From Phoronis australis (Eukaryota; Animalia; Phoronida), in assembly GCA_002633005.1 (NCBI GenBank), contig NMRA01000303.1, forward strand, positions 372,706 through 436,705: 64,000 nt of DNA, written 5' to 3'. The translations under genes and the position numbers were made by a program. The notes below the pieces were generated by a model. It saw only the letters and a list, made by a program, of their open reading frames with translations. It had not been told where the DNA came from and made no database searches. Of this stretch, positions 25,433 to 40,100 are shown in pieces (the stretch's first letter is position 1; each line of letters opens with the position of its first letter).

Positions 25433-26869
25433 ATGTACTGCTTAGCCTTAGTACTTCTCGCGCTGTCGCTGACAGGGACGAATGCGGATGGAAAGACTGG
25501 TGCGTATCTTTTCGATTCAGGGCCTACTGTTACGCGTAACACGTGGCGGTTCCACAGCACAATCAAAATTTCAACTCAAAACCGTTTTAGCAATATTTAA
25601 TACTTCAGGTGTTCGCTAAATGTGCTAGGAGTGATCACTAGGCAAAAATACCGCTCTCTGTATACATCTGAGCACCTCGACGAGTCCGCTTTTGTACCGC
25701 CGTTTTGTGTAAAAGTTCAAACGAAAGTACGAGGGATGAAGTTTTTTTTTAATTTTCCAAGGGACTAGTGCAACTGATACATGTTTTTTCGCTGAATTAA
25801 ATGACACCTTAAAACATTGAATACACATAACGATGATTTCTGTCTTTTTATACACTTGGTGGGCTCAAATGTTGTCATGATGAAGAGTTGAGCAGAATAT
25901 AAGTGGGTAGAAAAGATGGGATGAATGCAGAACTGTGAGATTTGGAAAAATACGAGCGAAAGAGGAGTTGGATTTTTCTCGTTAGACGGACGTGGAAGAG
26001 AGAGAGATGGGGGGGGGGGGGGGNNNGGGGGGGTGCGTAGGGGGGAGAGAGGGGGGTGGGTGGGAGAAAGCACCTCCCGATTACTACGTAGACAATGAAC
26101 AATAAAACGATTGTTCATTGGCATGGTGCCATGAATCTCATTATTGGGGACAAACAACACAGCACGACAGTTGTTTGATAAATGACTGTTAAGGTGTGTT
26201 GGCAATTTATGGGTCGCGGCTGTATACACAGAAGTAATGGTACGCACCAGATGGGTACAGTGTACCACGAAACAGCAGTAAACATTTAAGTACCAGATGG
26301 GTACGATAGTACAAATGTTTACGTTGCTAGTGAGCACCAGATGGGTACACGGTACACATAGAAACTGGTCGATTGCTTACTAAATGGGTGCGAACAAAAC
26401 GGCAAATATAACATCAAGTACACACAAGTCTAAGATTTGTTCCAATTTTCAAACTTTGAAACCTCCACATTCGGTAAGGTAGTCAAAATTAAGACAAAAC
26501 TTAAGTCAAAATCTTAAGTCAAACCGAAGATCTCTCTAGCTAAGTCAATTTTCGTGGAACGGGCCCAAGGTAGGAATGAACAGGGTTGCTCATGGACGAG
26601 CAGCCGTGCCCACCACTCTTTATTGATTTGAAAAGCTTGTGTTGATTTTTTGTTATTGTAGCACGCCATGTCAAATTTTACAACGTCATATTTTAATTAT
26701 GAAATACTGGTAATGGAATCAGTAACAGTAATAGGGCCAAATAATAATAATAATAACAAAAACAATAACAACAATAATAATAATAATAATGGTAATAGTT
26801 ATAGTATTAATAATAATAATAATAATAATAATAACAATAATAATAATAATAATGGTAATAGCTATAATA

Positions 26870-26921
<52 letters not shown>

Positions 26922-29900
26922 GTAACAGCTATAATAAATAATAATAATAATGATAATAATAATAATAGTAATTGATGATAATAATGATGATTTTTTTAAA
27001 ACATGAGAATAGGTATAAACACAAGTGTAGCTATTATTTGTGTCTGAATTCGCAGTAAAACAGCAAATTTGAAATAATTAAGGAAGCAAGTCCCCTCCTC
27101 ATTTTCTTCCGGTCAGCTTAACTAATTTTACAATCCCAACAATATTACATATTCCTTGTAGAATGAGAAACAGTTGGCCAGTTGGAATCTTGAAGTTGGC
27201 GCGCTTTGGAGGAGGTTAAGTGGCACATCCATAGGTGGAGATTTTTGAGCTAAAATACTCAAAACCTAAATTGGTAACACTCTTTCCTTCTTGTTTCACA
27301 TCAAAACAAAACATTCAAAAAGAATTAACGACGTAACCTTTTTGTGTAAAATGCAAAATTAAAGCTAACGTTTAAGACACTCATTGCACAGACGTAAAAA
27401 ATCAGTGAAAATATGAACGTCACTGAAACATGGCATCATGCAGCGCAGTTAATGAGACTTGAAAAGGATTTCAATCATGGATTTAATTGCCCTACACCAT
27501 TGGCTAAATAGTACTCCGAGATCCCATGAGAGGGCGTAGTGAGGTCAGTGCGTGGTTTTCCGTCTTTACGCTTTTTTCCTTAAACAATCATGGATTTAAT
27601 TAAACGTGGTTTTCAGTGACTCACGGCAATACAGCATTTTTGCTAGAGGTGCCTCTGTTGAGGTGGCTGTAACCAAAATCTAATGCGGTCAAACCCGCTT
27701 CGTTTTACACATTAGCAGCACTAAAATACAAAAATACAAATTTTCAAAAAATTCAAAGATATATTGAAACTGTTCCGAACGCAACAGTGGTGTCCACCCG
27801 ACGTCCCTGATCTCTCCCAATTTGTGCCAATTTGTCTGATCAATCTGGAAAGTCTCGGCATTCACTTCGTGGTCTTCGACTTGGACACCCATGGGCAAAA
27901 TTCGCTGTAAAGTTAGTCAGTTAGTCTTATTTACAGACATGCTTACTGAATTGCCGATTAAGGACGCTTGGCCCACAGATTTTTCGTAATATTAAGTTAA
28001 AACCTTGATAAAAAGCCAAAATGCATTATTTTCTTTTTCAAGTGTTTGAAAGTCTCAGACTTCTTCGTACACAACATCTTGGAACTACAAAAGTGACTTG
28101 TAAGAACACGTTAGCTTTTGATATATATGTGGCTGTATAATAATTTTAACACTATTGCCTGAAACATCTGTTCACTTTTTGTTGTCTTTATTCCATTAAA
28201 CTGTGGAAATCCATCTAACAAAAAAATCAAAGCAAAAATGTTTTTCTCTCATTGTTCTAGAATCTTTGGACGATAGGACGAGGATAAAACCTAACGATCA
28301 GTCTCGGCCATCCCCGTCCCGTGAACGCAAGCCCGACCATAACCACGGGATGTTCCCGTTTGGACCAGCTGCTGGAGACACACTTATGGGGACGACGGAT
28401 GACGGCTGCCAAAAGTTTACTTTTGGCACACCAATCAAATATTTTGGCTCATCTTATACCAAAATGTGGGTTAGTGTTGCTTACGTTTTAATGTTTGCAC
28501 AAAGAAAAGGTGTAATCTCCATTGTTCTTCTATGAGTCATGGGCGTCTTAAAAGAATTTGTTTCTTCATATACATGTACAGTCACAAGGCAACACAAGTG
28601 TTGTCACCATCATGCGAGCAAATTTCCCGTGGTTGTGCGTCCTAATGAAACTAATCCATAAATGGCAAACCATGTCGTTTATTTATCCGGCTGAATGATT
28701 CAATTACGAACAAAACGCCTGGTACAATTTCATTATGTATTTTCTGATTTTCTACATGCGGTATTTCATGTCCGAGTACAATCTTTGTAGGTTTGTAACA
28801 ACGGAATCGTGACGTTCGATGGCGTTGTTTGGTGGTATACGCCTCGTCCGATGAGTCACCCTGCTCAGAATAAGAGAATAATAGCAGCCTATTGGGCAGA
28901 TATCGACACTAGGTTTGGAAATGGCGAAGTTTTTTACGGAAAGAGAACAAGCGCAACGGATCTTCAACGAGGGAAAAAACTTGTAGAGAAGGCGCTTCAA
29001 GGCATTCCCAACTTTAACCCCACGATTGTGATTGTTATCACGTGGTACAGATGCACGTTCTTTGGAGCCAACTCCCAAGGCCGCCAAAAGGTACGTGGAC
29101 GCATTGTGCTGAATCGAAAAGCAACACTTGAAGTCAGAGTACCCTACAAATAAATAAACCACACAGTGTTTGTTACGAAGGCAAACGATAAAAATTTCGA
29201 TATTTACAAAAAGTGGCTGGTGCTTAAGTGTGGACACAAATTTCGCCTTTGTTATTTGATCCGTCATAGACACGATTGATCTTTTTCGGGCATGATTTAA
29301 GGCTTTCTGTTTTGAAACGTCTCACCAGGGTCAGAATATATTTTTTACGTCGAACATTTGGAACAATCTGATTTTGGGGAGATAATCGCCCAAAGTAATG
29401 GCACTTAAAGACTGGATATGTATATGTAAATGTATATGTAAATGTATATGTAAATGTATATGTAAATGTGTATATGTTTATGTGTATGTATTAAACGTAT
29501 TTGTCTGTATATACACCAATATACATTTTTTCAGCAAACCGACCCTTCAACATACATGTAGGTCATTTTGAATTCATGGTGAAGAGTGTTTAATCTTCTC
29601 GATTTTGAAATATACCTGATATTTCAGCTTAACACCTTCCAACTTGTAATTGTCTCGGACGGACCCAGAACTTTTGCCTTCAAGATTTACGACCGTCTCC
29701 AGTGGACCACTGGTACGGCGAGTGGTGGAAATCCATCTACTGGTCTAGGCGGGACTGAAGCTGCGGTACGTTTTCAATACTCTTATAGCAACTGTAAATT
29801 TATGTGATAAGCCAAGTTTCATGCTCAAACTGTTTTGATCTTGTCTTTCAAACACTTCCAAAACTGTTTAGAAGAAATGCAACCAACGAGGGACAGAACT

Positions 29901-32900
29901 GTTTTAGACACGCATTGTGGTTAGTTCACACAACCGCAGCCACTCTCACCCCGGTTGCCGTTGCTAAGTTCCACATGCGCAAACAAATAGGTGGCTGAAA
30001 TCTCTTGTGAAAGTACTAATACTACAACAGTAGAACCTTTTCAGTTGACATACAACTGATACCGAATACGTACTCAAACAATCAGAAAGGGTTCTAGGGT
30101 AAATTAACATTTAAATCCAGTGGCGTATCTCCGATTTCAAACCTTCAACTCTATTCATGGATTACCGGTACTAAATCATTGAGATCAACCGTTCTCCAAC
30201 AGATCTCAGGTCGATTCAAAAAGCTTGGTATCGTTGCACGATCGACGATAAGAAAAACTGCCTCCCGTTCAGTAACGCTAGGACCTCTCTAAAAAGCAAG
30301 ACTTCACGAGATTACGTGAGATATTGCCGTGTATTATAAATAAGAACACGTGACTTTGACTAGATTTTAGCTAGGTCCTAGCATAGGTCCTAGCGTCTAC
30401 TGAACGCACGCCACGAGATTAGTCACTGCTAAGACTCAGATGTGGCCACTGGTGATGGGAATTAGAATGCACACTTGAGACTTGGCTTGTCGGCGATTTC
30501 CGGTTTCCATAGGTCACTTGTCATATTTTCCATTTACTTTTTGTAATTCGTTCACGCAAAATACTAATCAAATGTAAAAATTTTGCGAGACATTATTAAG
30601 GTACAGTGATTTTGCGAGACATTGAAGGTACAGTTATTTTGCTTTATTCAGACGTATATTCCCATGAGCTAATTCACGTGCTTTAAAACCAGGTAATGCC
30701 CCGGCACACCAGAGGGTCGGTGCCACTACCGTTTTTGGTCAAAACCGCCATCACCGTGGTGACACCGCCAGTAGTGTTTCATAGTTTTGCCCTACTCGTC
30801 ACGCGTGTTCTTCTTCTCCCCACGGGATCGCCGTAAGGTAGCCAGTCTACGTTTTCGGCGATTGCACGGCGGTTGTACTGCGGAAGCACGGCGTTGATGG
30901 AGGTGCTTCTGCGGTCCTTGTACGGTGCCACAGCAGTCATAAAGGGGATCCCGGTGGGAATTGGCCCAACCCGTGGTGGCACTGCGAAAGTTTTGAACAT
31001 GTTCAAAGTTTCCGCCGTGCCACCGCGAAGGTCCGCGGTTTTGACAGTTTTCCGATCAAAGGCGGACCCACTGCGGAACCATGGCTATCATGGCGGTGCC
31101 ACTGCGGTTTATGCCCTACAAGCACTGCAGTGGCACCGCACCTCCGGTGTGACGGGGCTATGTGCTCCTTTCTTAGTTTGATCTCCTTAAATCATTGACT
31201 CGCACTCTAAGTCTCCCATCCTTATCAAAAATTCTCTTTCTGCTTCATTAACAATGATTGTTTGTGGGACTAAAATGAAAGACGAGCGTAACGTTGACGT
31301 GTCGGGATTATCACATCCACCAGTGTGTGTGTGTGCCAAAGTATTGTCAATTATCTATAGCGGTTGAGAGTTTGCCTTATCATTTCAGATGGGATTTTCT
31401 AATCGTTTCGCCAGTAACCAATGGTACCAAGTTCCTGGCTATTCATTCACTCCTAATGCACTGGACATGACGAAAGTTACTAATATTCAAGGACCCTTCG
31501 TGCCCGGATGGACAGGCTGTTGGCTGGATCAGTACAACTTGATAGGCACATTAGGTAATGTCGTCACTAAAACCGTGCGAGTTTCCTGACATTTTTTAGA
31601 CATACGTAGGTTACATTGCTGGACACTTTGCATAAGGCACCTGTGGCAAGACACAAGAAAACGTCTATTTGTTATAAAACTCTGCCAATTGCTCTTAACA
31701 GAATGGACGTTTCTATTTGCCAGGTCCTTGTGTTTCATCCTCTAAGAAGTAAATCTGTAAACACCTGCTTCGGCGTTTGAGTTTTTAAGTACCGCAAATA
31801 ATACGGCATAAAAGGTTCTGTTCTTGTCTCATCAAAATTATTCTTAGTTAAAGATAGTTTATAGGGCTCTTTACAGTGGCGGATTTAGAGGGGACAAGAG
31901 GGTCATGCGCCCCCTTAAAATTCTTCCATATTCCATTTGGCAGTTCAGGAGTGCGAATGTCTGACGGGTAAAATTCTGGTTGATATTCTGCCTTGCCCCC
32001 CTATCTCAAAATCCTGGATTCGCCCCTGCTTTATAATTGAACATTTGGATAACCCAGTAGACACATCTGTTCACTCCAGCCCACTTTTATGGCCTCAATT
32101 TTGGGACTACTCTCCCAAGGTGGTGCTTCTCACACGGTCGCCACAAGTGTCTAGCTACCGCATTCTCGTCGCCACAGCTTTTGAGGAGAACCAGGCGAGA
32201 CCCTGCTTTCTGATGGACCATAAGGTAGTCGGAATTTATTTTGCTAAAATTCCGACCTTAGTAAGGAGTCATACTAAATGTCCAGCCGCTGTTGGTTGTG
32301 TGCTCAGATGAGTTGATTTGTTCTCGGGTTGGTACTGAACGGCCAAAATGTCTGCATGCAACTGCACCACAATGCGGATTTTAGGTCTCTTGCACGAAAG
32401 TCTTGGCGATCAGGGGCCCGTTCCAAGAAAACTGGCATACCAAGACAAATCTTGTATTTCCGTAAATTTTAAGATAAAACTTAAACTTGACTAAAGTCCG
32501 TTTCAAAAAAGAGATCTTAACTTTGACATAAGTTTTTAAAATAAGTTTTGTCAAAGTTGTGACTAACTTACCGGATGTAGAAGTTTCAAAGTTTGGAAGT
32601 GGAGACAAATGTTAGACTTCAGTCAAAGTGAACTTAAGTCAGTTTCTTGGAACGGGCTTGGGCTTATAAGTGAAACTTCTAGTAACTGGCTTAGTAAACG
32701 AGGAATTATTAAAAATTTACACACACATGTTCACTTCTGTTGTAGCACCAATCATGGACTGCCTCCGAAAGCAGAGATGCTGCGTCATGCAGGGCAACCG
32801 TTACCAACCAGCACCGATCCCCGGATGTACCAAATTCTTCCAATGGGATTACTTGAATTCCACTCCGTGGCCAACGCCACAGCCATGTGCACCGGGAACA

Positions 32901-32981
32901 CTCTTCGACGTGTTCCCTACGATTTGCACTGGTAACCACATAGGAAACGTAAACAGCAATACTTGTAGTTCAAATTTGTAA
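25433..32981 (+). CDS. Secreted NIDO-domain + CBM14-like protein, paralog 2 (371 aa, 6 coding exons)
   Basis: join(25433..25499,28261..28469,28791..29090,29628..29765,31389..31554,32746..32981). GT-AG introns with the same phases as paralog 1, 1116 nt open frame. Signal peptide [18 protein letters not shown] (exon 1 is the least certain, chosen by acceptor, phase-1 donor and hydrophobicity). AATAAA at 33173-33178. Confidence 0.88.
26739..26990. repeat. (AAT)n/(AAC)n microsatellite in intron 1 of paralog 2
   Basis: Seen directly; it explains the poly-Asn ORF. Confidence 0.95.
29418..29490. repeat. (TATATGTAAATG)n low-complexity repeat
   Basis: Seen directly in intron 3 of paralog 2. Confidence 0.85.
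30258..30412. mobile_element. MITE family 2, copy 2 (intron 4 of paralog 2)
   Basis: Aligns with 20461-20617. Confidence 0.8.
30697..31159. mobile_element. GC-rich MITE, PIF/Harbinger-like termini
   Basis: taa|tgccccggcacacc ... ggtgtgacggggct; GC-rich interior with internal inverted motifs. Confidence 0.6.
31874..32028. mobile_element. MITE family 1, 5-bp TSD cttta (intron 5 of paralog 2)
   Basis: cttta|cagtggcggatt...ggattcgcccctg|cttta. Confidence 0.8.
32412..32660. mobile_element. MITE with gcccgttccaagaaa.ctg inverted ends
   Basis: gcccgttccaagaaaactg ... cagtttcttggaacgggc; a related half-element lies at ~26480-26567. Confidence 0.65.
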
Positions 32982-35900
32982 TGGTGCCAACTTGCCAGAG
33001 ATTGTGTCATAAGGAGATGTCTCGTTATTTTGCTTGAATATATTTAGGTTTTAAGTACTCAAAAATTTACATGTCAGATACTTAAAGCCTATATTTATTA
33101 GTCAAGTAATATGAGGATGTAGCAGTCATCCTAGATTCGAGTGAAAACGGTCGTAAAAACCCTAAAATTAAGAATAAATGAAATTCATGCAAACCTAATG
33201 TCTGTTCCATATGACAAAGTCCAAATGTCTGACTCTGGATATTGCATCGTAAAATACACGCTTTGCAGGCATGCTCTTACTCGCTAAAGTTCAAAACAGA
33301 ACTCACTGAAACTAAGATTGCACGTAAATCAAATTTAATTGTACATTCAAATGTATTTACGAGGTCAGTCAAACTGTACACTACATAATGCTTTGGAATA
33401 CATTCAACGCAAAATGAAATAGTTGTTTTGATTTCGACACTGTTTTGAAATTAAATTTATAATCCCCAACCATTCATTCATGCGGTTAGTTCCATTCGTA
33501 ATTTATTATCCACAAAATGTAAAAAGTGACACTCACTTACCAGATTGTGACTTTTTGTACACCGGGGTGAAATTTACAAGGTGTGGGAGCTGTGACGCAC
33601 TGGTTAGTAAGTCAGGCTAAAGTGCCGATTTTAAGGGAAAACGTCCTTTGTACAAATCTCAAACTGTCTGTTGAGCAAATTTAGAGTCAAAGCTTTTGTT
33701 TGTCTTCATTCGCTGTAGCAAACTTTCATAGATATATGGGAAGTATTCTGCGCTGGATTGCATAAAACTTCAAAGTTATCCGCTGGATGAGTTTGATTGT
33801 TGCATTACGTCATGAGCATTGTACAACAATAACAACGTGGCGCGTGATATTGCGACATCATTGTTGCTTTACGACGTATAACCTTTATGCATCTGGGCCC
33901 TGGTGCACATCATCAAAAAGCGATGGAAAAGGAGTTCTTTTAGAAACGAGTCAGTTTTTGTAACTTAAAAATGTCAACATTGAGTTCCTGAGAAGGGGCT
34001 CAATTTTTCCCTTGTACAATGCCAGATTTCACTTCGTAGGACTACGTTGCTCTTGAGGCAGATACGTTTCATCCGTTTTTGGTCACGAATGGTAGGACAA
34101 ATTCGCGATACTCGTTTTTTAACGCTGTTATCACCGTCAAAACTGAAGCTTATTTGTGATAAATTTCGTGAAAAACCATTGGGAAACTATAAGATGTAAA
34201 TGCAAACGTAAACCTTAAATTGCCTAAAACTCGTGGGCAGCCGATGTCACATTTACAGAAAAACACAAAATTTATCAAACATCTTGCAAATGGTTAAGAA
34301 TATATAGAGCCGTGGACGCAAAAAACGATAAAATCAACACTAGGAGCGCCACAGTTGTTAGATCGTCCAAACTCAACGGCGTTTGAGTGGTACGGAATCG
34401 AAACTAATAAACATGACCACTAGGGGGCGCAGAATATGCCAAATCCGTCCAAAATTCCAGTATGCCGTCTCCTAAATGAAAACCTGCTCACGAAAATCCA
34501 TGTACGAACTCCGAAGACACACTTTGAGGCAAACGTAAAGCTATTCCTCTTGGACCGGGACACAGAGGTTGTGAAATAGGTTTGTTATCAGCCGCTATCC
34601 TCTCTTCATGGACAAATCTGCAGTAATGGTCCGTCAAGTTGTTTGACAGATTTAATGAGTCGAGGAATACTTCTGCTGCTGGATATAATCTCAGACACGG
34701 CACCGATTAGATTCTTTACACCCTAGAATTTTAGATCAAATTTAGGGTGCTGTATTTCGAAGAGTCTATTTTCTTTTAACTTTAGCCAAAAGTTGATTTT
34801 TTTCTTGAATTTAGCTTTTAGTCTGCCCCCGAACGGGCTACGGATATCTGTATTCTTGGCTTTGAGTTTTAGGCAGATTTCTGGCCTTTAGCCTTAGCCT
34901 GATTTCAAAAAGCCCCCAAAAAACCCAAAAGACAACAGAAAAAGTTCCTAGATATTTGAAGTACAGGTAAAGAGTAAAGACAGTAAATTGCCCATGTCTG
35001 TAACAGAAATCACTTTTCAATAAACTGGTACAGCCATATTGTTTACGATATACATTCGGCGGGTCCGCCAACCAGGCAGCGAGACTTCCCATTGAGTTAT
35101 AAACTTCAAGTCGCAATGGAGAACCAATGAGGTTTCCAAGCTGGTCGACCCGGTTGAACCGGCTGGATTGAATCAAGTACAGCGATTGCGTTTTCAACCA
35201 AACAATAATTAAGATCATTTTGTGATATATGTTTGAATATCAAAATAAAATGTAATTAATTCCGAATTTGTGAAAAACAACACATTTTCACATTTTGTGC
35301 TATTTATCATATAAATTGAAAAATGAGCTTACACTATCCTGGTTCCAGAACTGATGAAACATTGGCACTTGTGAATTTTCTGGCTGAAACATTTGATGAA
35401 CGTCATCAAAATTCATCTACAAATGTGATAAGATCTTTTACATTCTTCATAGTTTCAAACAGGATTGCAACCGCTGGTATTAATTGCACTGTGTACGTTT
35501 ACCGCTCACAAACGTCGGTGACGGAATTTTACCTACGCCGGTTCCCATTTTGATGGGTAGTTGCCATATCCATTGCCGATGTTCGGTGAGCTGTTGCCGG
35601 TTGCATAAAAGTTGCACGTATTATCACGTGTCACGTTACCAATGATAAAAACATGCACATGGCGTCATGCAACACTAAAATTAATGTTTTGATGTTTTAT
35701 GTTACCCAGCCCGTTAACTTGAGACAGACTGTGGCTAAATTACTTTTCTGACAATAATAGGCCGTGCGCAAATCTCGTCAAAGTGTTTGCCTACATCTAC
35801 TTCAGAAACATTTTATGGTTTAAATGTCACTTCTGCATAGCTACGTTGGCAGTGGCGAAGGAATCAGTACCCGGATATAAACCAGTCTTGTACAACATTT

Positions 35901-36049
35901 GTTACTTGCTTGACCAGTGTAAGCAGCATGTCCTCTCACAAATCAAGAAAAGAGTCAGCTCGTTAAAGCTGCATTTTGCCTGCTTTCTTAAGGTGTCTAA
36001 AACGAAAATCGAACCAGGCCTTTTATTCTAGTTAAATAAAGTCCCATTA

Positions 36050-37120
36050 TACGAGGGTCGTTCAATAAGTTCTCGGCCTCAGCAAGAAAACAGAGACGCA
36101 GGTTGAATATTTTATAACATACTTGGGAAAAAAAGGAGTGTTAAGAGATGCAAAAAAACACTCGGAACAAACTCCCCGAGTTGCTCCACAGCCAAAAAAA
36201 TTGGTCAGCTTGTTTCAAGAGACGTAGAGAAAACGTTGAAGATGATCTTCGTCCAGGATGTTCCAAATCGTCGACCTCCAGTGAAAATTTGCAGGAAATT
36301 CATGCAATGGTTATAAAAGACAGTCGATGACTGTTCAACATTAGGCAAACACTGTTTGCATCAGCAATTGGTTTGTCTCTAAAATTTAGAATGAAAATTT
36401 GGGCATGAGTAAGTTGAATGCACGATGGGTGCCAAGAATGTTAACTCAGGATCCGAAGATGAGCAGAATGCAAATTTCAATGAAACTTCTATGAAGATTC
36501 CAAGCAGATCCAGACAAATTTAGAAGACTTGTAACCCAGGATGAGACAGGGGTCCACCACTTTGACCCGGAATCAAAACAACAACGTAAACAATTTAAGC
36601 ACGTGGGTTCCCCAAGCCCGAGAAAGTTCAAGTTGGGTGCCTCTGCGAGCAAAGTTATGACCTCTGTGTGCGAATTACATCACATTTGGAAAAACTTGAA
36701 AAAGCAATCAAGAAGAGACGCGGGAAGTTTGGGGCTGGAGTGCTGCAGCATCAAGCCAGCGCATCTACCCAAATTGCTCAAGTTGCAGTGTCTGAAGCAA
36801 GTAGATTTGGATAGTGAAATCCGTCCGCACCCCGCCTATTCTCCAGACCTGGCCCCGTCTGATTTTTATTTGTTTCCACATTTCAAGGCCTAAGTGCGTG
36901 GTCGCCAGTTTGTGAGCGATGATGACGTCATGAGAACAGTGGAGGAGCATTTTGAGGGGCTCGACAAAAGCTTCCTTTACAAAGGCATTGCAAAACTGGA
37001 GCACAGATGGATGAAATGCATTAATGTAACGGGAGATTATATTGAAAAATAAAAGTCAAAATTAGTTGCTATCGCGTTGTTTTCTGGGTGAGGCCGAGAA
37101 CTTATTGAACGACTCTCGTA
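36050..37120 (+). mobile_element. Mariner (Tc1/mariner) DNA transposon, internally deleted, dead transposase
   Basis: TA|TACGAGGGTCGTTCAATAAGTTCTCGGCCTCA ... TGAGGCCGAGAACTTATTGAACGACTCTCGTA|TA. Transposase motifs ARWVPRML, VTQDETGVHHFDPESK and HPAYSPDLAPSDFYLF, broken by stops and frameshifts. Confidence 0.93.
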
Positions 37121-40100
37121 TAACATGTGTACAAGCCCTTTGAATGTATACGTGCGTCATTTTTGAATTCTCAGTTGTAAGGTTGGCCAACCCTCATAAA
37201 GTCTTAGTCACTGATGAATTCGATGTTCTTATTTTTAACGGAAATGGATCCCTGTCACGGTGTAAAGGCGATTTTGTGAAAGGAAAAAACCCAATTTGTG
37301 TCCCATTTTAGCCAGGTGAACAAGACGATTCACATTTATAGGCAGCTTTGACTGTTTTCTTTAGGACTGCAGCAAAGTTTCAGCATGGGGAAGGGGAGCG
37401 GTAAAATATTTTGTTTTTAATGCGTGGTTTTCAAATTCGAAGTCTATATTGACAAAATGGGCAGTCAGAGCAATGCAGCTATCAGTAGGAATTGATCTTC
37501 ATTCCAAAACCAGTGGTTAATGACATGTTGTCCGAACATTCAAGAAGTCCATTTAACTGCAATAGTCTCCTGACGCTCAAGCATTGTGCTCTCAATAAAG
37601 TCGGTACGGTTGTGACGTCTGTATTGTGTATGTGTTTTAAAAACCAAATGTATTGGTTTGGACTTGTTATCAGCTGTGCTCTCTGAAAAGGCAGTTTTAA
37701 TGTCTAGGTTCGTGAGAGTCGGTTGGCTTACTATTGAAGGCTGTGATCGTCTCAGAGTGCTTTTTGTGTCTGCACACGACGTATCTTCACTGCCGCGTAT
37801 GTCGACACCGTGATGACCTTGATTGTCGATCCGGAACTGGGGCATTCAACGTCTTTATCACAAAATTTGCTCGTCCGACATCTGAAATGCTTCCACACTT
37901 TCTTACTTTTCTTTGGAAAGTATAATGCTTGTTGTTTCATCCATTGTGCAACACAGCAAAGGATTGAAGATGGTTAGACTCTTTTAACCAATGAAACCAA
38001 TCGTTTTATATGCCTGTGTCACATCGTCAAAAGAAAATGGGTAATAACAATAGCGTTGTCGAGTATTAAGAGAGTCCGGTGAAGTGAGTTTGTCCGACTG
38101 ATTTATTTCAGTTAGTCGGTTTATCGAGCAACCCTACATCGCATAGGCAATCTGCTACAACAAATGATTAAATTACGACTGAATCCACCAAGTCTGACGT
38201 CAACTACAGTGTAACTAGGGAAAAAAATGGATAAGATGTGGAAACACAGAGTGGTATTTCGTAGTTTTAGTACATAAGACTTACAATGAATGTTCTTAGT
38301 TAAGGCTCTACTGTTTTAGAGAGAATAGTCGAGCCTTGGTCAGCCATTTTAACTCGCTGGTACCCTTCGTGCCGCTATAGGTGGTAGCTAGCACGCAGGC
38401 ATCACATAATTTTCCTCGAGAAATTTTTTTACATCGGCGTTTCTGATTGGCTGGTCGAATTCTCAACAGGCAGCGCTATACGCAAAAAAACTGGCATGAC
38501 TGATGGAAGAAGAAGTGTAAATGTGGTCTGTTGTACAGACAAATCGGTGCTTAAGATTTATGTTCAGGAAATGTGAAGCCAAGAAATTGTGGTTGAGCCT
38601 TTTTGGAGTGCATCTTTCTACTGTCGATGACTTTTGTTTACGATACTCTTCTGTATTCATACATTATGAATAACACACCGGTTAAATCGGCCAGATACGT
38701 GTTTATTGTGCATGTACGTGCTTTAAGCACGCGGCTATTAAATAGCACAGCAGAAACGAAATAGTTGCTGCTACGCCACTTGCGCATGACAAGGCTAAAT
38801 ATCGTTCATAGTCGGCCATTTTTCACGTTTTTGTAAAGCTAACCAATGACTGCCGAGGTTACATCAACCAATGCTAAAGCGCGTGCTACTGCGTGATACC
38901 TGCGAGCTGGCTAGGCACGTAGGGAACCAGCTGGCCATTGTATCGGTAGTTGCTGCTGTATCAGTGATTGACTGAATCGTCAAACATCTTCTATTAGATC
39001 GGGTTGCCACATTTCCAACTACAGAAGTAGGCTTGCTTTTTGCGGGTTTGTGTCGGGATGGATTTTTTCGGGTAATGCTGAAAATGGCATGCGCTGGCGG
39101 CCGTCTTCGAATTATTTGACAAGTTAAGTCCGATATCTAGAGTGAAACTGAAGTATACAAAACTGGGTTATGAAGTTCATTACTGTTCCATGTATCTTAA
39201 GTTGTCCATTTCAATTGTTTACATGTATTAGCTCTCCTCGTAAATTAGTCAATGTAATTTAATTGGCCATTGATTCTGATACGAGCGCGATGCTATATTT
39301 TAAACTTGTTAAATTCCTTCAATTGTTTCGCAGAGACATGAACTGAAAGCAAGAAAATGACATTTCTGAATTACTTTGCAATGACATTACCTGCACAAAT
39401 TGTATGATTCTGAAATAACGCAGTCAAAGACAAGTTTTAGAAGATTACGAAATGATGTCCTGATGCATGCCTGTGCGCAGGTCTCATCTTCCTTCTTCCC
39501 ATGGGATGTCTAATTTTCGGCACAATTTCCTATCCACGGTTATAATAAATCATTGCCTAACCCAACAATACTGCCAATATCTCCCTTATTTTCTAAAAAA
39601 ATGCACACAGCACCTGATACCGCAAAGTAGAAAATATGTCTTCAAAAATAAGATTGTTCCCGTCATCCTCGGCAGTAATATTAAGCTATAGACTTTTCAG
39701 TGGTACACTCACTACACACCGAGTGCCTACTTCAGTACACCGGTTAGTCGCATGCTAAACTGCTTACTTGAATCAGAAAACAGACCTGCAAAAGCTTTGA
39801 AAATGTGATGCGACAGTGCCGTTTTAACAATTTTTGTGGGTCTAATCGCGTCATAATAATAACAGACACATGTCCGTCATCACTAAATACCCGAGTGGAC
39901 ATTTTAGAACATTTTGTGTAAAAGCATGTTCGAGAGAAATGCAATGTGACGCAGTCTTACTTTTGTGGCTTGAGAACAGGAAGATCCCAGGACTGAATCA
40001 CGATGAGACTTCTATGACTTTGTAAACAACTTTTAAATAAAAAATAAAATGGAATTCCTCATCTCTGTGACAGCTTGGTCAAATTTGTTAGAAACATAAC

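Noticed and set aside
26668-26874. Poly-Asn ORF (also poly-Ile at 2932 and poly-Pro/Gly at 57338-57717)
   Set aside because: These are microsatellite and minisatellite translations without splice or homology support.
28752-29273. 173-aa antisense ORF over exon 3 (similar ones at 52572 and 32709)
   Set aside because: Shadow ORFs of the coding exons, not conserved in extent among paralogs.
30779-31181. GC-rich ORFs in intron 4 of paralog 2
   Set aside because: They lie inside a MITE with inverted termini and show no protein motif.
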